A stretch of DNA of 63,526 bases, counting the filler, from Octopus bimaculoides (taxonomy: Eukaryota), in the NCBI RefSeq assembly GCF_001194135.2. It is 7 parts of 6 records of this genome, joined end to end, with 100 filler letters (N's around TTAATTAATTAA, not from the genome) between each part and the next. Parts side by side here need not be neighbours in the genome. Positions count along the whole stretch, not along the records: positions 50,663 to 57,533 come from NW_026348716.1; positions 57,634 to 61,914 come from NC_068999.1; positions 62,015 to 63,526 come from NW_026432607.1; 4 more parts are not named here. One strand, written 5' to 3'. Made by a program: the position numbers and the translations under genes. This document shows, in pieces, positions 50,733-63,494 of the stretch (position 1 is the first letter of the stretch; every line of letters starts with the position of its first letter). Below the pieces are notes generated by a model. That model had not been told where the DNA came from and ran no database searches. It worked only from the letters and a program-made list of their open reading frames with translations.

Positions 50733-50961
50733 CACAAGGGGGTGCTTTAAAGTTTCTGGCTCTAAGGGTATCATGGAAAACCTGGTTGGAAGCTCGACCC
50801 TTCCCAGTTCTTTTACAGGGCTAAGAAAAACTGAAGGACCGCTCGCTGCAATAAGTGTGTGGATCTGAGAGAGGATTTATGTTGGATAAAATCATAATTA
50901 ACTGATCCTCCTGTATTTTCTATTACCCAAAACCAGGAATTTTTCATCACCCTACCTCGTA
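50733..50961. mobile_element. Tc1/mariner-type MITE, degraded
   Basis: Imperfect ~35-bp TIRs (CAAGGGGGTGCTTTAAAGTTTCTGGC / ACCAGGAATTTTTCATCACCCTACCTCG) in a TA-rich site. Another right end lies at about 50663-50700. Confidence 0.55.
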
Positions 50962-51061
50962 TACATACATTCATACATACATACATAATTGGATGTACGG
51001 ACGAATGTGTGTGGATGTATGAGTTACCGATGCGGCCGAACTAATGTTTGTTGGTTTCCAG

Positions 51062-51144
51062 GAACCATCGATGTGAAGACGCCGCAGAAACGGACACACA
51101 GTGACAGAGAATTTGCAGGAAAATGCCAATGCTGTGTTGATTGA
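51062..51144 (+). CDS. Candidate terminal exon ([G]TIDVKTPQKRTHSDREFAGKCQCCVD*)
   Basis: Branch-like ACTAAT and acceptor GTTTGTTGGTTTCCAG| in a CpG-containing complex island. No homology recognised. Confidence 0.2.
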
Positions 51145-51383
51145 AGTTTGCGAATCTTAGTTGTGTTTCGTGCAAGACTTGGAGGTGTACATATATATAT
51201 ATATATGTGCGTGTATGTGTATTTTATTATGTATATACACTAACACAGAATTGTGCATGCGTGAATATACAACACACACACACACACATATATATATATA
51301 TCCACACACATACATACGTACAGATTAATAAAGATACATACACAGTTATAATGAAAGAGATAATGAATAGTATTCTCTCTCTA

Positions 51384-51414
<31 letters not shown>

Positions 51415-51821
51415 GCTTTTAATGTACCAAAAGCAAAACTCATTAATTACTATTTTAATTGCTCTTGTCAGCGATGACACTAACCGTCATCCTCAACAAC
51501 ATCATCGTCATCATCATCGTTATCATAGTTAACGCTGTTGTTTAACCCCAGGTCAGTCCTGATCCAGACCGACCCACGATCAAAGACGTCCCAGCTGTGA
51601 CCATCCCATCTCATTTGTTCAGGCATAGTGTATCTAGGACTACATTATCTAATGTATAGTATAGTAGTTAGTATTAGTGGCTGCAGTTGGTGTTGCTTTT
51701 GTTGTTGTTGTAGATCTGGCTTGTAAAATTGAAATATAAAGCGTTTTTTGTGACACACACATGCACACACACACACACACACACATTCTCTCATACATAC
51801 ACTTGCTCTTAGCCTCGTTTG

Positions 51822-51860
<39 letters not shown>

Positions 51861-52090
51861 ATACGTAAATATATGTATATATATTTACACACATACATAT
51901 ATGCATACGTACATAAATACATATATACATACATATACATATTAAATACATATATACATACATATACATATTAAATACATATATACGTACATACATACAC
52001 CTATATACATGCACATACACACATATATACATATGCCCTTCTACCATGTTTTTATCTGCCTCCCACTCTTCCACATGTTCTTACGTCCAG

Positions 52091-52143
<53 letters not shown>

Positions 52144-52499
52144 CTGTACCGCATCCCTACTATACATCAACGTATATATATACACCCCTTCCAAAATACA
52201 CACATATTCCCACACAGGCTTCCCCTTCACCTTCACCCATTCACACATAGATCCCTACCTTCACACACACACACACACACATGTCCCCTAACATCAGTCA
52301 CTCTACGTAATCTGCCGACCTATTCAGTATGGCATCTACAGCTCCCTTTACTGACTCCCTACTTTGTTTAAAAACAGGGACCACATTAATATGTGAGGAG
52401 TAAGGGGTAGGGGGAAGCTATGTAAAACTTTCTATTGGCCTGTTCAAGACAACAGCCAAAGCTCTCCTGTTTTTTTTCCTTTTTTTTCCTCAAAAATTC

Positions 52500-53495
52500 C
52501 CCTCTCTTATTTCAAATGAGGATCACATGAAATTTTGAAAGGGCTTCTATGTAACCCCTTGACGTGCTACTCAAAAAATTTTCCCCATCACAAAAAGAAA
52601 GAGATTTCTACTGTTTTCAAACTAAGGGCCACGGGAATGAATGAGAGAGAAACAGCAATGTTATCTCTCGGGGTCTACTCAAAGCTCTTGTCAAATTACT
52701 TCTCTCAAAGCCCCTATTCTCTTAGGGATCCGATCAGCCAATAAGGGAGCCAGCCATGTTATGTTATCACTTAACCTTACATAGGGTTCCTGTCAAAATT
52801 TTTTCCTTAAAACATCTGTACTTTTAGGGACAGCTGTATTATCGTCTGACCCTAAGCAAACTCCTGGCACATTTTTCCCTTGAAGACCTCTGTATTCTTA
52901 GGGGCCCCACGTTAACAAATGAAGGAGCTATGAATGATATCATTTGACCCTTACACAAGTCTCCTGTAAGCCTTTCATTAAAAACTTCTGTACTCTTAAG
53001 GACAGCTGGGTTATTCTCTGACCCTACTCAAACCCCTGACAAATTACTCACCTTAAAACATTCTTAGGGACACACGTTAACCAATGATGGAACTATGAAT
53101 GTTATTACTTGACCCCTTCACTAAGCTCCTGTAAAAGTTCTCTCCTTAAAACGTCTGTACTCTTAAGAAAAGCTCCCTTACACCCTGACCCTACATAAAG
53201 CTCCTGGTAAATTTCTCCCCTTAAAATCTTTCTACTTATTCTTTAGTAGACATCTCAACCACTGAGGGGTCTATGTGTTCTCCCTTGATTCGTATGCAAG
53301 TCTCCTGCTAATATTTTCCCTTTAAAACCTTTATATTCTTAGGGGCCACATCAACCAATGAGGCGGCTGTGAGTTTTCCTTTTTCCCTTTGAAATCCTTT
53401 ACTGGGGCAAACAGTGAGAATTATGTCAACATCTGACTCCATATAAGGCCCCTGTCAACCAGCTCCCTTAAAAAACTTCCGTACTCTCACAGGAT
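52500..53495 (+). repeat. Degenerate higher-order tandem array (alternating ~100-bp and ~70-bp subunits, ~170-bp period)
   Basis: CTTAGGG-like anchors at about 52721, 52823, 52897, 52995, 53063, 53162, 53241 and 53338. The subunits share a TGACCCT..AAGCTCCTG..CCTTAAAAC..TCTGTACT segment. Confidence 0.85.
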
Positions 53496-54178
53496 CGCGA
53501 GAATGACTTAGCTACGAGTTCATTCATAATCATAGAAAACATATTTCTCTGACAAGATCTAATAAGACGGGAACATGCCTGTTTCATTTGGCTCTGGACA
53601 GTAAAGCAATGACTTCCTTNNNNNNNNNNNNNNNNNNNNNNNNNNNNNNNNNNNNNNNNNNNNNNNNNNNNNNNNNNNNNNNNNNNNNNNNNNNNNNNNN
53701 NNNNNNNNNNNNNNNNNNNNNNNNNNNNNNNNNNNNNNNNNNNNNNNNNNNNNNNNNNNNNNNNNNNNNNNNNNNNNNNNNNNNNNNNNNNNNNNNNNNN
53801 NNNNNNNNNNNNNNNNNNNNNNNNNNNNNNNNNNNNNNNNNNNNNNNNNNNNNNNNNNNNNNNNNNNNNNNNNNNNNNNNNNNNNNNNNNNNNNNNNNNN
53901 NNNNNNNNNNNNNNNNNNNNNNNNNNNNNNNNNNNNNNNNNNNNNNNNNNNNNNNNNNNNNNNNNNNNNNNNNNNNNNNNNNNNNNNNNNNNNNNATATA
54001 TATATGCATACATATGCATACATATGTACATCAGTGTGTGCAAGCGGTGCAGTGAAAAAGGTACTGCGTGCTACACCTCGTGATGGAACTAAAATTGATA
54101 ATATATTTAATAAGTCTTTAACTGTAATAATGTAAGAGATATTAGTGCACGAAATACTATAACTGGGGGAGGAGTAGC

Positions 54179-54210
<32 letters not shown>

Positions 54211-55143
54211 CAGCAGCAACAACGTAAGAGGAATACTATGTCGCAGGATTTTGCTAGATATAGCAGATACATGGTGTTTGAAATCATTCGCTTAATCGAA
54301 TTTTGCTGCTGGGAAGAGAAAGAAGGCCAGAGTTTGTAACGAAGTGTAGGAATATATAAAGGACAACGTTGCGTTGTAGGTGAAATTGGATTTAATCAGC
54401 CAAACGTCTGTCTACATGATATTTGTGAGTGACCTGGGGCTGAACAACAGCAAAATGAATGGAAAAAAACATCTATGATTACACACAAATACACACAGAA
54501 ACACATATACACACAAAGTCATACATACGTTTAAGAAGAGACATATATATTAGTTATATACACACAGTCAGCATTTTTCTCACTCCCATTCATAATGTAT
54601 ATGTCTATAAATCTCTCCGGATATATAAATGTGTGTGTGTGTGTGAGTGTGTATAAATACATGTATACATATGTATGTGTATGAATGTATATATATGTAT
54701 GTGTTTATGTATATCTATATATATATATGTGTGTGTATGTATGTACATATGTATATATGTCTAGTTATGCATACATATATATATCTATGTATATGTATAT
54801 ATATATTTATGTATAGATATAAATGTATGTGAAGTAGACACACATGCATACACATAAATATGAAAGTGTCACTCTATTTATCAGACTATACACATGCGTG
54901 ACTATATAGGGAGAAAGTGAGGAGTAAGTAACCTACAGGAGGAATAGGAAAAGGAGATGAGAGGAAAGAAATATCGAATATATCCAAGGTAATGTAAGCA
55001 CAGTCGTGTCCTCCGAGCAACAGGATTGAAAGACAGGCTGTTCCTAACATATGTAAGGTGAAGCAAGCGTACACACAGACAAAACGCAAGGTATTCACAA
55101 AAATTATGTACATACATATATGTACACACCTATATATACGTGC

Positions 55144-55178
<35 letters not shown>

Positions 55179-55255
55179 AAGAGATAGAGAGAGAGAAAGA
55201 GAGAGAGAAAGAGAGAGTTGGACAGACTAATAGATAGATACGTACATACGTAGAC

Positions 55256-55305
<50 letters not shown>

Positions 55306-55307
<2 letters not shown>

Positions 55308-55438
55308 TTCTTTACTGTCCACAAGGGGCTAAACATAGAGGGGACAGACAAAGGGATTAAGTCGATTACATCGACCCCTGTGCGTAACTGGTACTTTATT
55401 TATCGACCCCGAAAGGATGAAAGGCAAAGTCGACCTCG
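55306..55438 (-). mobile_element. SINE family B variant with a LINE-like 3' tail, within (GATA)n
   Basis: The family B body is followed by CTGTCCCCTCTATGTTTAGCCCCTTGTGGACAGTAAAGAAATC and (TATC)n. (GATA)n lies on both sides. Confidence 0.88.
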
Positions 55439-55900
55439 TTCGATAGATAGATAGATAGATAAATAGATAGACAGACGGACGGATAGATCGATGGATGGAC
55501 AGGTAGAGACACATATATACAGACAGATTGATAGATGGATGGATGGACAGATAGATAGAGACAGATAGACATACAGACAGACAGACAGAGATAGATACGG
55601 GCATACATACACATCCTGACAGGCACATAGATTGTTGAACAGGTAGATAATATTTGAAAATATACAATTTTGTATGTGTGTGTTTATACACGTGTATACA
55701 TACGTAGACACACACACACACATATTGATTATTTATGGTGTATATGTACATATATTCAAAACTGTATACAGTCATACATGTTAACTGCTGGCAGGGACAG
55801 CGTATTTTGTTATGCAACCATAATTTCTATAGAAAATCTGTAAAGATAACTTCAAAAAGTCATACATCTATGCGTGAGTGCCACTATTATATCTATGTAT

Positions 55901-55943
<43 letters not shown>

Positions 55944-56338
55944 TTTCTGTGTCGGTGTATGAATGTACGTATACACTTATACGTATATGTATACAAACAC
56001 ATATATATATATATATATATATACATNNNNNNNNNNNNNNNNNNNNNNNNNNNNNNNNNNNNNNNNNNNNNNNNNNNNNNNNNNNNNNNNNNNNNNNNNN
56101 NNNNNNNNNNNNNNNNNNNNNNNNNNNNNNNNNNNNNNNNNNNNNNNNNNNNNNNNNNNNNNNNNNNNNNNNNNNNNNNNNNNNNNNNNNNNNNNNNNNN
56201 NNNNNNNNNNNNNNNNNNNNNNNNNNNNNNNNNNNNNNNNNNNNNNNNNNNNNNNNNNNNNNNNNNNNNNNNNNNNNNNNNNNNNNNNNNNNNNNNNNNN
56301 NNNNNNNNNNNNNNNNNNNNNNNNNNNNNNNNNNNNNN

Positions 56339-56408
<70 letters not shown>

Positions 56409-56804
56409 GGTTGAAAATCCAATATTTAGTAGTACAAGGTCGTATCAATAATAGGAAATAATAAAATGAAAAAATTGTATCCACGAAAAAGGAAACTGTT
56501 GAAGTTAAAACGCACACACTCACATACACATTTGTATAGAAATAGGTGCGTATATATGTCTATATACTGTTGTATATATGAGAGCATTCATATACTTATA
56601 TACGACTATAAATGTATATAAACACACGGACATATACATACGCTAATATATAGAGTAATAACTATGATAATAATAACAATCCTAGGAACTTATAAATATT
56701 TGAATTCATCGCTACGTCCGTTTCTAAAAGGCACAGTTTCTGAAGGCCATTGTTCGTATCCCTGAAATGATTATTTCTGCTCGTAGTATCCATAGACATG
56801 GGGC

Positions 56805-56843
<39 letters not shown>

Positions 56844-56848
56844 TATAC

Positions 56849-56907
<59 letters not shown>

Positions 56908-57409
56908 TATGTATATATATACCGCCGCATTGGCACACTCATCCAAAATGTAGACGATTATTAAAACTTTAAAACCCATGTGGCACGCTTCAACAATTGT
57001 GAAGATTTTTAATACAAGAAACTATTGGTTGCCTTGCTAAATCAATAAAGTACACACATATGCATCCATATGCATGACTGGAACGCTAAGTAAAACTCGG
57101 TGGGAATTTGAACTAAGGATCTAACGAGCCGAAAGAAACCACGCCAATCATTTTGTCCGGCGTGTTAACGGTTCTACCAGCTCACACAAAGTGATAATAA
57201 AAATAACAATATTACAATGACGAATTAATTATAGCGGAGGAAGTCAAAAATCTTTAGCGGTTTAATTTCGTTTCTAATTAAACATGAAACAGATAACAGT
57301 CTCGGAATGAGACGGGGAGGATGCTGAAGAGTTAAGAGAAAAATTTTTTAATGGAGTTTAAATACGTGTATTTATTATTCCTCATTTGAGTGCGTTTATG
57401 AATAGCTTG

Positions 57410-57533
57410 AGTGCCTAGGGGGTAAAAAAGCTTGCTACCCAACTACGAGGTTCCGTGTTTAGTCCGAGTTCGTGACACATGCCGCAACTGTCTTCTACTA
57501 TAGCCTCGGGTCGACCAAAGCCTTGTGAGTGGA
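57410..57533 (+). mobile_element. SINE family A, 5' part (runs into a gap)
   Basis: AAGCTTGCTACCCAAC..GTCTTCTACTATAGCCTCGGGTCGACCAAAGCCTTGTGAGTGGA. Confidence 0.85.
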
Positions 57534-57935
57534 NNNNNNNNNNNNNNNNNNNNNNNNNNNNNNNNNNNNNNNNNNNNTTAATTAATTAANNNNNNNNNNN
57601 NNNNNNNNNNNNNNNNNNNNNNNNNNNNNNNNNATATATATATAAGCATTAGCAATTTGAGTTTCCTGTATTTGCTGTTGAGTAAAAATTGTCTTGGAGG
57701 AAACAGAGACAATGGTAATTCCATTGTTTTTCTATCAAGAAGTAACAAACATCTAACGATTTGTTGTATCTCCTGAAAATGTCTGCGAAATTGATGGTTC
57801 CATAGCCTCAGATATATTTGGTAAAGAACGTGGTTATTGTCGGGTGTATGTGTGTGTGAGTGTGTGTGTGTATGTGTGTGTGTGTGTGTATGTGTGTGTT
57901 TGTGTGTCTGTTTTGCTTTACATTTTAGCCTCTTG

Positions 57936-57978
<43 letters not shown>

Positions 57979-57989
57979 CAATGTAACAA

Positions 57990-58130
57990 CACGTGTGCCG
58001 TTGGCGATTTCTTTAGACTTTGACCTTTCTCCTTTCTGACGAAGAACTATGCTTGAAACGTCAAATTCTCTCTCTTTCAAACTACTGCATTTCTTGCACA
58101 TGTCCTCCTGCGTGGATGCCTTTGCCTACG
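57990..58130 (+). mobile_element. Penelope-like element terminal fragment
   Basis: CTGACGAAGAACTATGCTTGAAACGTC motif at 58036-58062. Confidence 0.45.
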
Positions 58131-58305
58131 CTGGTGTGATACTCTTGTGCGCCATTTCTGTGGTTTGGTTTTCATTTGAAAGAGACTTTAGTTGCTATTT
58201 CTAGCATGTGAATCCCCAAGATGACAGTTGTTCGAAGTCCCAACGGTTTAATGTGCTGTATTTACGTGTGTGAGTGTATTTGCTTGTGTGTGTGCGTGTG
58301 ATAGT

Positions 58306-58336
<31 letters not shown>

Positions 58337-59465
58337 CGCGTGTGTGAGTGTGACTGCGTGTGGGTGGGTGTTATGTGTATGTGTATGTGCGTGTGTGTAT
58401 ATGTTGAAGCATCTTTGCATGTATGTGCTGAGAAATTCCTAAAGTTACTCAGTAAATGTTTATTATCTCGGCGTATGTGACAGGTTTATACATAGTACAT
58501 ACACACACACACACACACACACACATACACACACACACACGCACTCACACACACACACATATACATATGTGGGTATATATNNNNNNNNNNNNNNNNNNNN
58601 NNNNNNNNNNNNNNNNNNNNNNNNNNNNNNNNNNNNNNNNNNNNNNNNNNNNNNNNNNNNNNNNNNNNNNNNNNNNNNNNNNNNNNNNNNNNNNNNNNNN
58701 NNNNNNNNNNNNNNNNNNNNNNNNNNNNNNNNNNNNNNNNNNNNNNNNNNNNNNNNNNNNNNNNNNNNNNNNNNNNNNNNNNNNNNNNNNNNNNNNNNNN
58801 NNNNNNNNNNNNNNNNNNNNNNNNNNNNNNNNNNNNNNNNNNNNNNNNNNNNNNNNNNNNNNNNNNNNNNNNNNNNNNNNNNNNNNNNNNNNNNNNNNNN
58901 NNNNNNNNNNNNNNNNNNNNNNNNNNNNNNNNNNNNNNNNNNNNNNNNNNNNNNNNNNNNNNNNNNNNNNNNNNNNNNNNNNNNNNNNNNNNNNNNNNNN
59001 NNNNNNNNNNNNNNNNNNNNNNNNNNNNNNNNNNNNNNNNNNNNNNNNNNNNNNNNNNNNNNNNNNNNNNNNNNNNNNNNNNNNNNNNNNNNNNNNNNNN
59101 NNNNNNNNNNNNNNNNNNNNNNNNNNNNNNNNNNNNNNNNNNNNACGTATTTATGTGTATTTCATTATTTTCGTGTTTTTTTTTTTTATGTATCTATAAC
59201 TTAGTTGTCCCCTCTGGTGTGGCGACGCGGATAAAAGAGGGAGAGACAGAGAGAAAAAAATACGAGAAAAACGCAGCTAACCTCAAGAAATCAATAAAAA
59301 AAACGCCCCCAAAATACACAAAGTTTAATTAAATACACATCTAAACAAACAAGTAAACCAGCCAACAAATGGACAAACAGACAGACTGACAGATAAATAA
59401 ATGAATGAATAAATAAATTGATAAATAAACATGTAAATAAATACATAGATAAATAAATGGCGATA

Positions 59466-59738
59466 TCAAAGATGTGTTTCTGCCGACCGATCATGTTTTT
59501 GGCGTAGAACGGGATTGCATCGCTTCCAGCGTTTTCGTCTTGGTTTGGGAATTGTGGTTGATGCTCTTTCTGTAATATCAGACAAGATTAAAAGAATTCC
59601 TGTGTCTGTAACATCGGTTCCGAAACAACAAAGAAACAAAGATTTTTACCATTTAGCTTTATCGAATTGTGAAAGGATGTCGAAATCTCACCGTATAAAG
59701 TTAGCAGGTACATAGTTTCGTATTTCGGAATGGCTTTG
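59466..59738 (-). CDS. Candidate two-exon fragment (59738-59692 and 59569-59466)
   Basis: Donor ACG|GTGAGA, a 122-nt intron and acceptor TCTTTTAATCTTGTCTGATATTACAG|. The phase-consistent product is KAIPKYETMYLLTLY-ERASTTIPKPRRKRWKRCNPVLRQKHDRSAETHL*. No homology recognised. Confidence 0.18.
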
Positions 59739-59927
59739 CTATTATGTGTATGTATGTATGTATGTATGTATGTATGCGTGTATGTTTGCAAGCATGTATG
59801 AATGTATGTATGTTTGTATGTATATATGTATGTTTGTATGTATGTATATGTATGTATGCGTGTATGTATGTATGTGTGTGTGTACGTATGTGTGTGTATG
59901 TATGTATGTGTGTGTGTATGTATGTAT

Positions 59928-59981
<54 letters not shown>

Positions 59982-60106
59982 TACACATATATGTGTGTGT
60001 GTGTGTATGTTTGCATGTATATATATGACTGGCTGGCTGACTGGCTGGCTGGCTGGCTGGCTGGACGGATGAATACATGTGTTATTATATGTATTAATAT
60101 ATATAT

Positions 60107-60176
60107 GTGGACGAGCAATGGCCCAGTGGTCAGGGCAGCGGACTCGCGGTCATAAGATCGTGGTTTCGAATCCGAC
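60107..60176 (+). mobile_element. Isolated tRNA-like head of SINE family D
   Basis: GCAATGGCCCAGTGGTCAGGGCAGCGGACTCGCGGTCATAAGATCGTGGTTTCGAATCC. Confidence 0.8.
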
Positions 60177-60684
60177 AAAGTGTTTCCCTGATGATCTGTT
60201 ACGATTAGGCATCCAAATGCACTCGAGACAGCCAAAGCTGAGATCCAAATAACTACAATGGTGAAACGTACGTAGGAACTAGTTGTTTCTACTGGTTTTA
60301 TCATAATTTTTCACTTCGTGTGTGTATGTGACTGTATCGTGGCCGGTGCACCACCAAAATTCACGCGCTGCTAAAGTAGCTACCTTGACTACAGTAGAAG
60401 GAAAGGAACAAAGATGGTGCTTGCACAGTAAAATTTGGGAAGGTGGGGAGACACGGATTTGAACCCGAATTAATGTGCTTGCAAAAGGAACTTTTGAACC
60501 GGTGGACGATGTTGTACAGACATTTTGATTTGATAGCCAGTACATTGTAATCAGCGAGTACAATTAGATTTTCGATCAGAAAATGAAATAAAACCTTTGA
60601 ACGAAAAAAAATTCAATTTAATATCAAATAACAACAACAAGAATAATAACAAAAAGAAAAATGATAATACCACCACCACCAACA

Positions 60685-60836
<152 letters not shown>

Positions 60837-61200
60837 ATTGAAAACTAGAAATATGCTGTTTTTCTAGACATAGGTTGATATCTAGTGGGAACTTTGAAAA
60901 GGTCAATTTAAAAATATTTAACTCTTCAACAGATAGCGAAATTTATGATGCTTTTTCTTTGTGTGTTTTTAATATGTATGTTTAGCTATGAAGATATTGT
61001 TACCAACACACATCTATATAATGATAAAGAAAATACAGGCACACATGTGTGTGTGTGTGTGTGTGTAAGATTGTATACGTAATATATATATTTACAATCA
61101 TATATCATATATATTCATATATGTGTCAATATAGGGATGGATATATACATATAGATGCGGATGGAATGCTACGGATATGTAGCTATACCTGTACATATAC

Positions 61201-61289
<89 letters not shown>

Positions 61290-61790
61290 TATACGTTAGT
61301 ATATATTTATTATGCATGTTTGACATGATGCAACGGCATGGAATTGGCTACATTCATGTATAGATACGTATGAACGTGTGCGTATACGACACTGACGCAC
61401 ACACACACACATACACACACACACACACTCATACATAAATACACACAGACACACATACACACACCCAAACACACGCATATACGCATATGATAATACACGC
61501 AGAAACACGGACATGTATATGTATGCATGAATGTATGTATCTAAGTATGTGTTTGTGTGATTGTATGCACGTATGTATGTACGTACGTATGTATGTATGT
61601 ATGTATGTATGTATGTATGTATGTATGTATGTATGTATGTATGCACGCATGCATGTATGTATGTATGTGAACATAAACACACGGGTCACAGAAGATTTTC
61701 TGTATGTACATCTTATCACAGTAACCTATTTTTACCGCTACTGTTTACAGAGTTTGAACAAAAAACTCAAATGTCACAAAATTTAAACAC

Positions 61791-61822
<32 letters not shown>

Positions 61823-63494
61823 GAATTCTAAGAACCTGAAGTAAGTGAAAGTTCTTTAAAATACAGTGTAAGAAGTTTAGTTTATGAAAAACAATATATG
61901 AAGTGATGTTTGTGNNNNNNNNNNNNNNNNNNNNNNNNNNNNNNNNNNNNNNNNNNNNTTAATTAATTAANNNNNNNNNNNNNNNNNNNNNNNNNNNNNN
62001 NNNNNNNNNNNNNNCACACATTTGTTTTCTTGTGATTTACCTTGCATTTACTTCGCATTGTTTTGCCCTCACCCACAATCTTTTATACAATGTAATCTAC
62101 ACAATGTGTCATAGTAATTAGCGATGGAATCATCGTTAGTTCAAAATAGATTTCTGTATATCTTACTTAACGTCGATTTAATATAGAAATCACAAAACTG
62201 AGGTAACTGTCTCGAGAAAGTATCATCCATAGACCTATAGCCCTAAAAAGTACAACAGCATTCGAAGAGCAGATGAAAAACTTCCAGCAGGGTTGATGGA
62301 GTTGCTAAATCTAGAATTCTGCGTGTATACGTGTCCCTAATAGCAACTAATTATTAGCAACTGCGTGCTTAGGAAAAGTTTGGCCCCTACTGTTATAGAA
62401 AAACGCTGATCAATAAGCCACTAGTGTCGTAAATATCCAACAGAAACACTATTAGTTCAAAATAATATTCTCTACACATATATTATCGAAAGGTACAAAA
62501 CTCCGGTATTCGTCTCCAGACATTCTTCATTGAAAACACCTTCAAATTTGTGGATTACAATAGTCATTACTTGCTTGTTCTCAGGTGTGTATACTTGTGG
62601 TGTTATTGATAATGTTTCTTTCATTTTATAGTTATCCTAGTGGGTTATAAATGTTTGCTTACGGTCGGATATAGAAGTATTTTGTGTAGTACCTTATGAA
62701 AATGTTCATTACATATTCGCTCGTTAGATAGCTATTATGCATTTGATTCATTAAAAAAATTGTGTGAATTACGTATTTTCATTGAATGTAATTTCTGATG
62801 TATTTATTCTATAGTATTATGGTTTGTATAGTTGTACCTAATTGTCCGGAGGCATATCAATTATTAATAAATGCTTGTTATATTCAGTAGGCATGTGTAT
62901 GCGTGTGATGTATATGCGTATTTATGTGTATGTTTGTGTGCGTTGTATGTATAAACATATAAGTGTGTGTCAGAACAAACAGGATAAACTAGAACTAGAT
63001 AACTAAATGTATATAGTTTTACAATTTTATTTAGATATTTGCTAAACAGCTAGAAAATTAGAATGAAAAAGAAATCAATATGAAATGTCTTGTGAACTAC
63101 AAACTGTCTCCTGTCTTCAGTCTTCCCTATAAATTTATAACTTCGTAGGAGGTAGAAATTAACATGCTTACCTAGTGTCTAGAGTTACACAGCACTCATG
63201 ATTCTCAGACGTTTGAAATGGTGCTATTCAGGGTTACCACTACTGGTATTCGGGAAAAAAAAATCAGGATTTTATTTTGTATAAAATTTTTTAAAATGTT
63301 TAAATATCAGTTAAGAATTCAATAAAAAGACATTTTCTCCTCTTTGATGGGATATTTCCAGCCAGGAGCAAACCATGTATAATTTTCATATTTTTCTCAA
63401 AATAGTCAGTGTGATGAATGCCATACAAGGAACTCTCGCCACTTTCAATCACTTTTGTAACTTCCTGTCAATTATATATACATACATGTAACCC

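Noticed and set aside
52500-53495. Repeat array as a CRISPR or a coding repeat
   Set aside because: The context is eukaryotic, the units are degenerate with homologous rather than unique spacers, there are no cas genes, and the frames are stopped.
60203-60304. TIVVIWISALAVS as GPCR transmembrane helix 4
   Set aside because: There is no upstream DRY/TM3 or downstream TM5 sequence and an in-frame stop lies just upstream. It is kept only as a signal-peptide-like candidate.
63190-63260. miR-29 gene on the minus strand (TAGCACCATTT)
   Set aside because: The match ends after 11 nt and no complementary arm forms a precursor hairpin.
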